DNA of 24,000 bases, from positions 151,223-175,222 of the forward strand of contig NZ_ML214300.1 of NCBI RefSeq assembly GCF_004785955.1. The letters are read 5' to 3'. A model generated the notes under the pieces. The model saw only the letters and a program-made list of their open reading frames with translations, did not search any database and was not told the origin of the DNA. Source of the stretch: Halostella litorea (GTDB lineage Archaea; Halobacteriota; Halobacteria; Halobacteriales; Natronoarchaeaceae). Positions 16,836-24,000 of this stretch are shown here, in pieces (within the stretch, counting starts at the first letter, position 1; each line of letters opens with the position of its first letter). A program made the translations under genes and the position numbers.

Positions 16836-19042
16836 AACGCCAGCCGCTCGACCGTTCTGCGGAGGACGCCCGGGCCCCCCGAGCCGCTCGGCTTGACCTG
16901 TATCGCCGTGCAGTCGACGGTGTCGACGATCCAGTCGGCCGGCCGGCCGAAGACGTTCCCGCGGATGCGGCCGCCGTCGGTGCCGATGATCAGCACGTCC
17001 GACGAGCCGGCGGCCGCGACGAAGTCGCCCTCGGGGTCGTCGGTCTGGATCACCGACCGGACGACCGGGGCCGTACACAGCGCCTCCAGTTCGGAGAGGT
17101 AGTCGTCTATCGTCTCGCGTTGCGCGTCGGTCGCGGTCGGCTCGACGGAGTAGAGGAGCTCGATCGACGCGCCGGCCTCGGTCGCCAGCGCGTCGGCCAC
17201 GGCGATCTTCCGCGGGTCGAACGGGCCGCGGTCCGTGACGACGGTGACGCGGTCGAGCCGGTCGAGTTCCCGCTCCTCGATCAGCAGGAGGTCACAGGGC
17301 GCGTTCCGTGCGACCCACTCGATGCCGGTGCCGAAGACCGAGGCGTACAGGGGTTCGGCGGTGCGTTCGAGCACGAGGAAGTCCGCGCCCTCGTGTTTCG
17401 CGAAGTTGACGACGGCGCGTTTGGTGTCGTGGCTGACGACCTCGCCGTAGCGGACGGGGACGTCGAACTCCGCACAGAGGTCGGCCGTCCGGTCCTCGAA
17501 CTCCACGTCCGCCGGGGACTGGATCTCGGAGGCGTGTTCCAGCGGTGCCTGGTCGGGCACCTCGTCGAACTGCACGACGGTGACGCTCCCGTCGTTCTCG
17601 CGCGCGATGTCGGCCGCGATGCGGAGCAGCGCCCGCTCCCGGCGTTCGGTCGTGTCCCCGGTGACGGCGACGAGCGCCTCGTAGCCCTCAACCTCCTCGA
17701 ACGCCGTGCGGGTACGCTCGACGGCCTGCTTGCCGACCGACCGGCGGACGACGTCGGTGGCGGCTCCCTCGCGTTCGACCTCCTCGCGGGCGAAGTACAC
17801 GTACCAGAGCACGGAGCCGACGGTGATCACGACGGCCCCGACGAGGGGTATCGTCCCCATGTAGCCGATGAGGGCGACGCCGCCGAGGATGCCCGCGACC
17901 TGCGTCCACGGGTAGAACGGCGACTCGAAGCTCGGGTCGTAGTCGCCGACGTTCCCCTCGCGGAACGCGATCACGGCCCCGTTGACCAGCGCGAACACGA
18001 CGATCTGGAACGCGCTCGCGAGTTTGGCGATGCTGGGGAGGGGTACGAACGCGATGAGCAACAGCATCACGGCCCCGGTGAGCGTGATCGCCCGCGCCGG
18101 CGTCCCCCAGTCCTCGTGGATCTCGGTCAGGCTCTCCGGCGCTAGCTTGTCGCGGGCCATCGCGAAGGGGTAGCGCGACGACGAGAGGATCCCGGCGTTG
18201 GCGGTGCTGATCAAGGCCAGCACCGCGGCGGCGATGATGGCGACGACGCCCGGGAACGCGAGCGTCGACTCCGCGGCGTGGATCATCGGGACGTCGGAGT
18301 CGCTCAGCAGGTCCGGCGGCGTCACGCCGACCATCACGACGACGATCAGGACGTACAGCAGCGTGGTGAACGCGAGCGACCCGAGGATGCCGAGCGGGAT
18401 GTTCCGGTCGGGGTTCTCTATCTCCTCGGCGATGCTCGCGACCTTTGTCACGCCCGCGTAGGAGACGAACACGAGGCCCGTCGCCGCCAGCAGGCCGCCC
18501 GACCCCTTGTCGAAGAAGCCGTCGTAGTAGCCGCCGGTCGTCGACGGGAGCCCCCCGACGACGAACCACACCATCGCGGCGAGCATCACCGCGACGATGG
18601 CGACCTGCAGCCGGCCGGTCTGTTTCGCGCCGACGAGGTTGACGCCGACGAGGACGGCCGCAAGCGCCAGCGCGACCGGCTTCACCGGCAGGTCGAACAG
18701 GTACAGCAGGTACGGGACGCCCCCGACGAGGGCCAGCGCGCCCTTGAACGACAGCGAGAACCAGGTGCCGACGCCGGCGATCGTGCCCAGCAGCGGCCCC
18801 ATGCCGCGCTCGATGTAGATGTAGGTGCCGCCGGCCTCCGGCATGGCCGTCGCCATCTCGGCCTTGCTCAGCGCGGCCGGGAGCACCAGCACGCCGGCCA
18901 GCAGGTACGCGAAGATGACCGCCGGCCCGGCCGTCTTGAGCGCCAGCCCAGGCAGGATGAAGATCCCGCTGCCGATCATCGCGCCGATGCTGATCGCTAT
19001 CACCGCGAACAGCCCGAGGTCGCGTTCGAGTTCCTTCGCCAC
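16832..19042 (-). CDS. APC-family amino-acid/polyamine permease fused to C-terminal UspA-like domains
   Basis: 736 aa, GTG start. N-terminal permease ([24 protein letters not shown]...[24 protein letters not shown]) with many hydrophobic helices. The C-terminus has Usp-like sequence ([10 protein letters not shown]..., [70 protein letters not shown]). Confidence 0.93.
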   Translation of the reverse strand: MAKELERDLGLFAVIAISIGAMIGSGIFILPGLALKTAGPAVIFAYLLAGVLVLPAALSKAEMATAMPEAGGTYIYIERGMGPLLGTIAGVGTWFSLSFKGALALVGGVPYLLYLFDLPVKPVALALAAVLVGVNLVGAKQTGRLQVAIVAVMLAAMVWFVVGGLPSTTGGYYDGFFDKGSGGLLAATGLVFVSYAGVTKVASIAEEIENPDRNIPLGILGSLAFTTLLYVLIVVVMVGVTPPDLLSDSDVPMIHAAESTLAFPGVVAIIAAAVLALISTANAGILSSSRYPFAMARDKLAPESLTEIHEDWGTPARAITLTGAVMLLLIAFVPLPSIAKLASAFQIVVFALVNGAVIAFREGNVGDYDPSFESPFYPWTQVAGILGGVALIGYMGTIPLVGAVVITVGSVLWYVYFAREEVEREGAATDVVRRSVGKQAVERTRTAFEEVEGYEALVAVTGDTTERRERALLRIAADIARENDGSVTVVQFDEVPDQAPLEHASEIQSPADVEFEDRTADLCAEFDVPVRYGEVVSHDTKRAVVNFAKHEGADFLVLERTAEPLYASVFGTGIEWVARNAPCDLLLIEERELDRLDRVTVVTDRGPFDPRKIAVADALATEAGASIELLYSVEPTATDAQRETIDDYLSELEALCTAPVVRSVIQTDDPEGDFVAAAGSSDVLIIGTDGGRIRGNVFGRPADWIVDTVDCTAIQVKPSGSGGPGVLRRTVERLAF

Positions 19043-19043
19043 C

Positions 19044-19469
19044 TCACATCACCCGTCCGGCGAGTTCGTCAGCCACGACCGACGTCACACAGACCGTCTC
19101 GACGCCGATGTCGTCGAACGCGTCCCGCAGGTCGGGGTCGTCGAGTCGGACGACCACCGTGCCCGTGTCGAACCCCGTCTTGGCGATCTGGGCGAGGAGG
19201 ATGTTCCGCTCGTCGCGGCGGAACCCGGCGACGAGGACGTCGGCGGCACTGGCCCCGGCGTCTTCGAGTGCTCGAGGGTCCGTCACGTCCGCGAGGCGAG
19301 CGTCGAGCCCGCGGCGGTCGGCGTCGGCGACGACGTCGGCGTCGGGGCTGACAAGCACCGCCGTCGTCTGCCCGGCGAGCCGCTCGGCGAGGTCGACCGC
19401 GACGGCGTCGTTGCCCACGACGCAGGTCGTCGCGCCGCGTTCGACGTCGGGGCGGAGGGCCTCACCCAT
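19044..19469 (-). CDS. Stand-alone TrkA-N (RCK N-terminal) domain protein
   Basis: Trimmed to the cat at 19467-19469 (MGEALRPDVERGATTCVVGNDAVAVDLAERLAGQTTAVLVSPD...LEDAGASAADVLVAGFRRDERNILLAQIAK...), 141 aa. The upstream in-frame ATG at 19535 would only add an Arg/Pro-rich stretch. Confidence 0.8.
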   Translation of the reverse strand: MGEALRPDVERGATTCVVGNDAVAVDLAERLAGQTTAVLVSPDADVVADADRRGLDARLADVTDPRALEDAGASAADVLVAGFRRDERNILLAQIAKTGFDTGTVVVRLDDPDLRDAFDDIGVETVCVTSVVADELAGRVM

Positions 19470-19582
19470 GGTCCCTGTCCGGCGTCGGGTGCGTTCGGAC
19501 GGCAGCGGCCGGTGCGGACGGAGCGGGGTTCCCATCGCGCGCGGTGCGCGGTTCGTGGCTCGGTTGCATATTCCCCGTTAGC

Positions 19583-19626
19583 TCCCGGAACAGCATAAAC
19601 AGCCCGGTCGAAATGCTGTTCCGGGA
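19583..19626. promoter_or_regulatory. Perfect 14-bp inverted repeat, candidate operator or hairpin
   Basis: TCCCGGAACAGCAT (19583-19596), 16-nt spacer, ATGCTGTTCCGGGA (19613-19626). AT-rich AATAAATACTCTATATATT immediately follows on the plus strand. Confidence 0.7.
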
Positions 19627-19648
19627 ATAAATACTCTATATATTGCCT

Positions 19649-19669
19649 AACCGTCCTCTAGGGGCGGTT
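19649..19669. repeat. Short imperfect inverted repeat (possible hairpin or second operator)
   Basis: AACCGTCC / GGGCGGTT arms with one G-T mismatch and a 5-nt loop, between the TATATATT tract and the 3' end of the Lrp gene. Confidence 0.35.
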
Positions 19670-19742
19670 AGTTCGGGATCGGGAAACGGCCGCCGTCGTC
19701 GGCGGCGGAGAGACGGGTAAAAGAGGGTCGAGACGTCGGGGG

Positions 19743-20210
19743 TCACATGTCCACGTCGAACTCGTGGAACGGGTGTTCGTACTCGTTTCGGATCAGGTCC
19801 TCGTCGACTATCTCCAGGCCGAGTGCGTTCAGGTCCTGACCGATCCTGCTGAGGTCGTCGCCGTCGACGCCGATCGCCTCGACGTGGACGTTCTCGGTCC
19901 CGGTCATGATCTCCCGGACGGCGACGACGCCGGGCACCTCCAGCGCCTCGCGGACGAGCCGCTCGCGGTCCGGGATCGGCGCGGTACAGACGATGAGCGT
20001 CAGGAGCTGGTAGCCCGCCCGCTCGTAGTTGACCTCCGGCGTGTAGCCGGCGAGGATGCCCTCCTCCTCCAGGTTGCGGATGCGGTTCCTGACCGTGCTC
20101 GCGGAGACGTCCGCCGCCTCGGCGATCTCGCTGGCCGACGTCTTTCGGGCGTCGGACTGTAACGTGTGGACGATCCGCCTGTCGAGGTCGTCCATCGGAT
20201 CCTCGTCCAT
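19743..20210 (-). CDS. Lrp/AsnC family transcriptional regulator
   Basis: 155 aa. MDDLDRRIVHTLQSDARKTSASEIAEAADVSASTVRNRIRNLEEEGILAGYTPEVNYERAGYQLLTLIV has the characteristic Lrp N-terminal HTH plus a RAM-like C-terminal region. Confidence 0.95.
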   Translation of the reverse strand: MDEDPMDDLDRRIVHTLQSDARKTSASEIAEAADVSASTVRNRIRNLEEEGILAGYTPEVNYERAGYQLLTLIVCTAPIPDRERLVREALEVPGVVAVREIMTGTENVHVEAIGVDGDDLSRIGQDLNALGLEIVDEDLIRNEYEHPFHEFDVDM

Positions 20211-20291
20211 ACGATGAGCCGATCAGTCCATCCGGGGTAGTTCTTTCCCACGGACCTGACGTACAAGGCACGCCGGTGCGTACCGCGACGC

Positions 20292-20645
20292 ATGGTCGAC
20301 GACACATCCCCGTCGCCGCCGAACGACTTGCCGGACGAAGTCGTCAACGTCCTCCAGGAACTCGACGGCCACGACCTCCGGGAGGCCATCGTGTACGCCC
20401 AGGAACTGCTCTATCACCGCCGCGACCCGACGATCCAGATCGAACCCCAGCCCGGCGAGGAGATAGTCAGCGTCGAGGAGCACGACGGCTACACCGCGGT
20501 CGTGAAACGCCAGCCCTGCGCGGCGGGCTGTCCGGACTGCCCGCACGGCCCGTACCTCTACCACGTGACCGAGGAGACCCACACGGACGGGAGCACCCAC
20601 TACCACTGGTCGTTCGTCGGGTCGGTGGTCGACCCCGACGAGTGA
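20292..20645 (+). CDS. Conserved-looking small protein with Cys motif CxxxCxxCPHGPYLY
   Basis: 117 aa ORF with CAAGCPDCPHGPYLYHVTEETHTDGSTHYHWSFVG. Its start lies just downstream of the divergently oriented Lrp gene. Confidence 0.8.
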   Translation: MVDDTSPSPPNDLPDEVVNVLQELDGHDLREAIVYAQELLYHRRDPTIQIEPQPGEEIVSVEEHDGYTAVVKRQPCAAGCPDCPHGPYLYHVTEETHTDGSTHYHWSFVGSVVDPDE

Positions 20646-20735
20646 TCCCCGGCTCCGCCGCGTCGCTCCCCCGACGCGCCGGGCGGGCCGGCCGAAAAGA
20701 CGGTTTTTAAGACTCGCCCGCCAGAACTGGGTGGT

Positions 20736-22037
20736 ATGGAGAACAGGACCTACACCGCGGACGCCGAACCGGGCGACCACGTCACGGTCGCCGGCTGGGC
20801 ACACGAGATCCGCGATCTGGGCGGCATCGCCTTCCTCATCGTCCGGGACACCACCGGGAAGATCCAGGTGAAATTCGAGAAAGACGAGATGGACGACGAC
20901 CTCGTCGAGACGGGCGTGAACGTCAACCGCGAAAGCGTCGTCGCCGTCACCGGCGCGGTCGAGGAGGAGGACCGCGCGCCGACCGGCGTCGAGGTCGTCC
21001 CCGAGTCGGTCGAGGTCGTCGCCGAGGCCGACCCCGAACTGCCGCTGGACCCGTCGGGCAAGGTCGACGCCGACCTCTCGACCCGGCTGGACAACCGCAC
21101 GCTCGACCTCCGGACCGAGGAGTCGAAGGCGATCTTCGAGATCCGCGCGGAGGTGCTCCGGTCGGTCCGCGAGCAGTTCCGCGACCTGCGCTGTACCGAG
21201 ATCAACACGCCGAAGATCGTCGCCACGGGTACCGAGGGCGGCACCGAGCTGTTCCCGATCACCTACTTCGGCGAGGAGGCGTTCATGAACCAGTCGCCCC
21301 AGCTGTTCAAGCAGCTGATGGTCGGCTCCGGCCTCGAACGCGTCTTCGAGATCGGCCCGATCTTCCGTGCCGAGGAGCACAACACGCCCCGGCACCTGAA
21401 CGAGGCGACCTCGATCGACTTCGAGAGCGCGTTCTACGACCACGAGGACGCGATGGACGCCTGCGAGTCGGTCGTCCGCGCCGCCTACGAGGGCGTCGCC
21501 GAGAACTGTCAGGAGGAACTGGCGACGCTCGGCTACGACGACTTCGAGGCCCCGTCGGGCGACTTCCCGCGGCTCACCTACGAGGAGGCCATCGAGCGCA
21601 TCAACGCGACCGGCGAGCTGGACGAACAGCTCGTCTGGGGCGACGACCTGCCGACCGAGGGCGAGCACGCGCTCGGGCAGGAGGTCGGCGAGCACTACTT
21701 CATCACCGACTGGCCCAGCGAGATCAAGCCGTTCTACATCAAGGACCACGACGACGACCCCGAGCTGTCGACCGGCTTCGACCTGATGCATCCGTCGATG
21801 GAGCTCGTCTCGGGCGGCCAGCGTGAGCACCGCTACGACCACCTCGTCGAGGGGTTCGAACAGCAGGGGCTGGACCCCGACGCGTTCGAGTACTACACCA
21901 AGATGTTCAAGTACGGCATGCCGCCCCACGCCGGCTGGGGCCTCGGCGGTGAGCGCCTCATCATGACGATGCTCGGCCTCGACAACATCCGGGAAGCGGT
22001 GCTGTTCCCGCGCGACCGGCAGCGTCTGTCGCCGTAA
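20736..22037 (+). CDS. aspS: Aspartyl-tRNA synthetase, archaeal type
   Basis: 433 aa. OB-fold N-terminus and class II motifs ([51 protein letters not shown]-terminal [34 protein letters not shown]). Confidence 0.97.
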   Translation: MENRTYTADAEPGDHVTVAGWAHEIRDLGGIAFLIVRDTTGKIQVKFEKDEMDDDLVETGVNVNRESVVAVTGAVEEEDRAPTGVEVVPESVEVVAEADPELPLDPSGKVDADLSTRLDNRTLDLRTEESKAIFEIRAEVLRSVREQFRDLRCTEINTPKIVATGTEGGTELFPITYFGEEAFMNQSPQLFKQLMVGSGLERVFEIGPIFRAEEHNTPRHLNEATSIDFESAFYDHEDAMDACESVVRAAYEGVAENCQEELATLGYDDFEAPSGDFPRLTYEEAIERINATGELDEQLVWGDDLPTEGEHALGQEVGEHYFITDWPSEIKPFYIKDHDDDPELSTGFDLMHPSMELVSGGQREHRYDHLVEGFEQQGLDPDAFEYYTKMFKYGMPPHAGWGLGGERLIMTMLGLDNIREAVLFPRDRQRLSP

Positions 22038-22111
22038 ACGACGCAACTCGTCGGGCGGGAACTCGTCACGCGCGACGTGAGACGCTCCCGCACCCGACGT
22101 TTTCCGGCCGT

Positions 22112-22684
22112 TCACCGCCCCGACAGCGGCGGCTCGATCCGACCGGTCGTCTCCACGGTTCCGAGCACCATCTCGCCGTAGGCCGCGGCGGAGCGCTCGC
22201 CCGCCTCGTAGGCCGCCGCCCAGTCGGCGAAGGCGTGGAAGCCGCCGAACGCGGTTTCGTCCTCGTCCAACAGCGTGGCCGCAAGCTCCGGCTGCGGGTC
22301 GCCGCCCGCGACGAACGCGGCGTACGCGCCGGCGACAACGCCGATCCCTTCGAGGACCCCGCCCGGATCCGCGACGTACTCCAGCGCGAGCACCGCGTCG
22401 GTCTCCGGTTCGAGGTAGACGGGCGGGACACCGCGCTCGTCGAGGGCCGCCGCGAAGGCCTCCGCCGAATCCACGTCGGCCCGCGCGGCGTCCTCGATGG
22501 CGGCGGCGATCACCTCCGTGCGCTCCTCGACCGGCAGGTCCGGGACCCGGTCGGCCACAGGCGTCTGGTTCTTCGCGACTGTCGCCGTCTCCGCGCGGGC
22601 GTCGTCGCGCTTCGCACAGCCGGCGACACCGACCGCGAGCGCCCCCGCGGCCGCGGCTCGTCGGAGGTACGTTCGTCGGCGCAT
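22112..22684 (-). CDS. Putative lipoprotein of unknown function
   Basis: 190 aa. N-terminus MRRRTYLRRAAAAGALAVGVAGC has Arg-rich signal and lipobox features. Confidence 0.7.
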   Translation of the reverse strand: MRRRTYLRRAAAAGALAVGVAGCAKRDDARAETATVAKNQTPVADRVPDLPVEERTEVIAAAIEDAARADVDSAEAFAAALDERGVPPVYLEPETDAVLALEYVADPGGVLEGIGVVAGAYAAFVAGGDPQPELAATLLDEDETAFGGFHAFADWAAAYEAGERSAAAYGEMVLGTVETTGRIEPPLSGR

Positions 22685-22797
22685 CGGGACGGGGGACCTA
22701 CCACGACGGCGCTGAAAAGCGCCCGTTCGCCGCGACTGTCAGGTACGTTCGCTGCCACTCACCCTTTTTCGGGGTGCCGTGGTACGTCGCACGCTCC

Positions 22798-24000
22798 ATG
22801 GCGCTGACGCTGTACAACCTCGGCCTCGTCGTCGTCGGCCTGTCGGTGATCGGCGTCGCCCTCCTCCCACGGGCCGTCTCCGAGCGGCCGGTCTCCATGC
22901 CGATCTTCTACGTCGGCGCGGGGATGGTGGCGTTCTCCCTGCCGCTGCCGCTGCCACCACCGGACCCGGTGGTCCACGGCACGCTCGCCGAGCACCTCAC
23001 GGGGATGGGCGTCATCCTCGCGCTGATGAGCGCGGGGCTGAAGCTGGACCGCCTGCCCGGGCTCCGTCGGTGGGCGACGACGTGGCGGCTGCTCGCGGTG
23101 ACGATGCCGCTTTCCATCGCCGGCGCGGCCGCGCTCGGCCACTGGACCCTGGGCCTGGCCGCGCCGTCGGCGCTGTTGCTGGGGGCCGTCATCGCGCCGA
23201 CGGACCCGGTGCTGGCGGCCGAGGTGCAGGTGGAGAAGCCCGGCGAGGGGACCGAGGCCAAGGAGATGGAACGCGAGGAGGGCATGGAGGACGAGGTGCG
23301 GTTCGCGCTCACCTCCGAGGCCGGCCTCAATGACGGGCTGGCGTTCCCGTTCACGCACCTGGCGGTCACCGTCGCGTTCGTCGGGCTGACGCCGGCGAGC
23401 TGGGTCGGCGAGTGGCTGCTGGTGGACGTGGGCTACCGCATCCTGGTCGGCCTCGTGCTCGGCGGCGTGCTCGGCGGGGCGCTCGCGCTGGGGGTCTTCT
23501 GGTCGATGCCGGAGACGCCGATGGCGAAATCGATGCAGGGGCTGGAGGCGCTGGGCGGCACGCTCGTCGTCTACGGCCTGACGGAACTGGCCGGCGGCTA
23601 CGGCTTCATCGCGGTGTTCGTCGCGGCGACGGTGCTGCGCCAGTACGAGCGCACGCACGACTACAACGAGCCGCTCCACGACGTCGCCGAGAAGTCCGAA
23701 CAGCTGCTGATGGCGGCGATCATGATACTGTTCGGCGGCGCGCTGGCGTCCGGCCTGCTCGCGCCGATGACCGTCGAGGTGGTCGCCGTCGCCGTGGCGC
23801 TGGTGCTCGTCGTTCGGCCGCTGGCCGGGGGCGTGGGGTTGCTCGGGTTCGACCGGGACCCGGTGGAGCGCGCGACCATGGCGTTCTACGGCATCCGGGG
23901 GATCGGCTCGTTCTACTACCTGGCGTTCGCGCTGAACCACGCCCCGTTCCGCTACGCCGCCACGCTCTGGTCGGTGGTCAGCTGGACCGTCGTCGTGTCG
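22798..24000 (+). CDS. Cation:proton antiporter (CPA1/NhaP-like), truncated by the window end
   Basis: Translated from the ATG at 22798: MALTLYNLGLVVVGLSVIGVALLPRAV...APSALLLGAVIAPTDPVLAAEVQV...EVRFALTSEAGLNDGLAFPFTHLAV... Open to the edge (401 codons), so it is missing from the supplied ORF track. Confidence 0.92.
   Translation, partial: MALTLYNLGLVVVGLSVIGVALLPRAVSERPVSMPIFYVGAGMVAFSLPLPLPPPDPVVHGTLAEHLTGMGVILALMSAGLKLDRLPGLRRWATTWRLLAVTMPLSIAGAAALGHWTLGLAAPSALLLGAVIAPTDPVLAAEVQVEKPGEGTEAKEMEREEGMEDEVRFALTSEAGLNDGLAFPFTHLAVTVAFVGLTPASWVGEWLLVDVGYRILVGLVLGGVLGGALALGVFWSMPETPMAKSMQGLEALGGTLVVYGLTELAGGYGFIAVFVAATVLRQYERTHDYNEPLHDVAEKSEQLLMAAIMILFGGALASGLLAPMTVEVVAVAVALVLVVRPLAGGVGLLGFDRDPVERATMAFYGIRGIGSFYYLAFALNHAPFRYAATLWSVVSWTVVVS

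Noticed and set aside
15654-17078. 474-aa minus-strand ORF as annotated in the track
   Set aside because: Only the last 127 aa (from the cat at 16035-16037) are RidA-like. The upstream part is antisense to the GGGP synthase-like gene and is an in-frame extension.
22759-23940. 393-aa minus-strand ORF
   Set aside because: Antisense to the clear cation:proton antiporter reading frame. It is rich in Arg/His/Gln/Asp with no domain.
1-24000. CRISPR array, transposon, prophage or defence island
   Set aside because: No regularly spaced short repeats, transposase, integrase, capsid, Cas, restriction or nuclease genes were recognised. The gene content is mostly core-genome.

Overview
This is a high-GC haloarchaeal chromosomal window, dominated by ordinary housekeeping genes. 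Supported content, left to right: tRNA-3'-end-like repeats; a small winged-helix gene; a minus-strand coiled-coil gene, smc and scpA cluster; a GNAT acetyltransferase; gatB; a bacterio-opsin-activator-like sensor/HTH regulator; topA; two Tat-type lipoprotein genes, one with tandem C-terminal repeats; a RidA-family gene; a geranylgeranylglyceryl phosphate synthase gene; a minus-strand Lrp/AsnC, stand-alone TrkA-N and APC-permease/UspA cluster; a small Cys-motif protein; aspS; a lipoprotein; and a cation:proton antiporter truncated by the right edge. I see no convincing mobile element, CRISPR array or defence cassette. The best second-look items are: (1) the AspRS appears to carry the His/Pro signature of non-discriminating enzymes, with gatB in the same window; (2) a perfect 14-bp inverted repeat with 30-bp half-site spacing overlaps promoter-like sequence upstream of the TrkA-N/APC-Usp genes and next to an Lrp gene; (3) direct and inverted copies of a tRNA-3'-end-like sequence lie at the left edge; (4) an acidic coiled-coil ORF is coupled to smc-scpA; (5) a lipoprotein has four weakly similar C-terminal beta-type repeats; (6) a candidate leader ORF overlaps the topA start. 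None is strong enough to be called a previously undescribed system from sequence alone.
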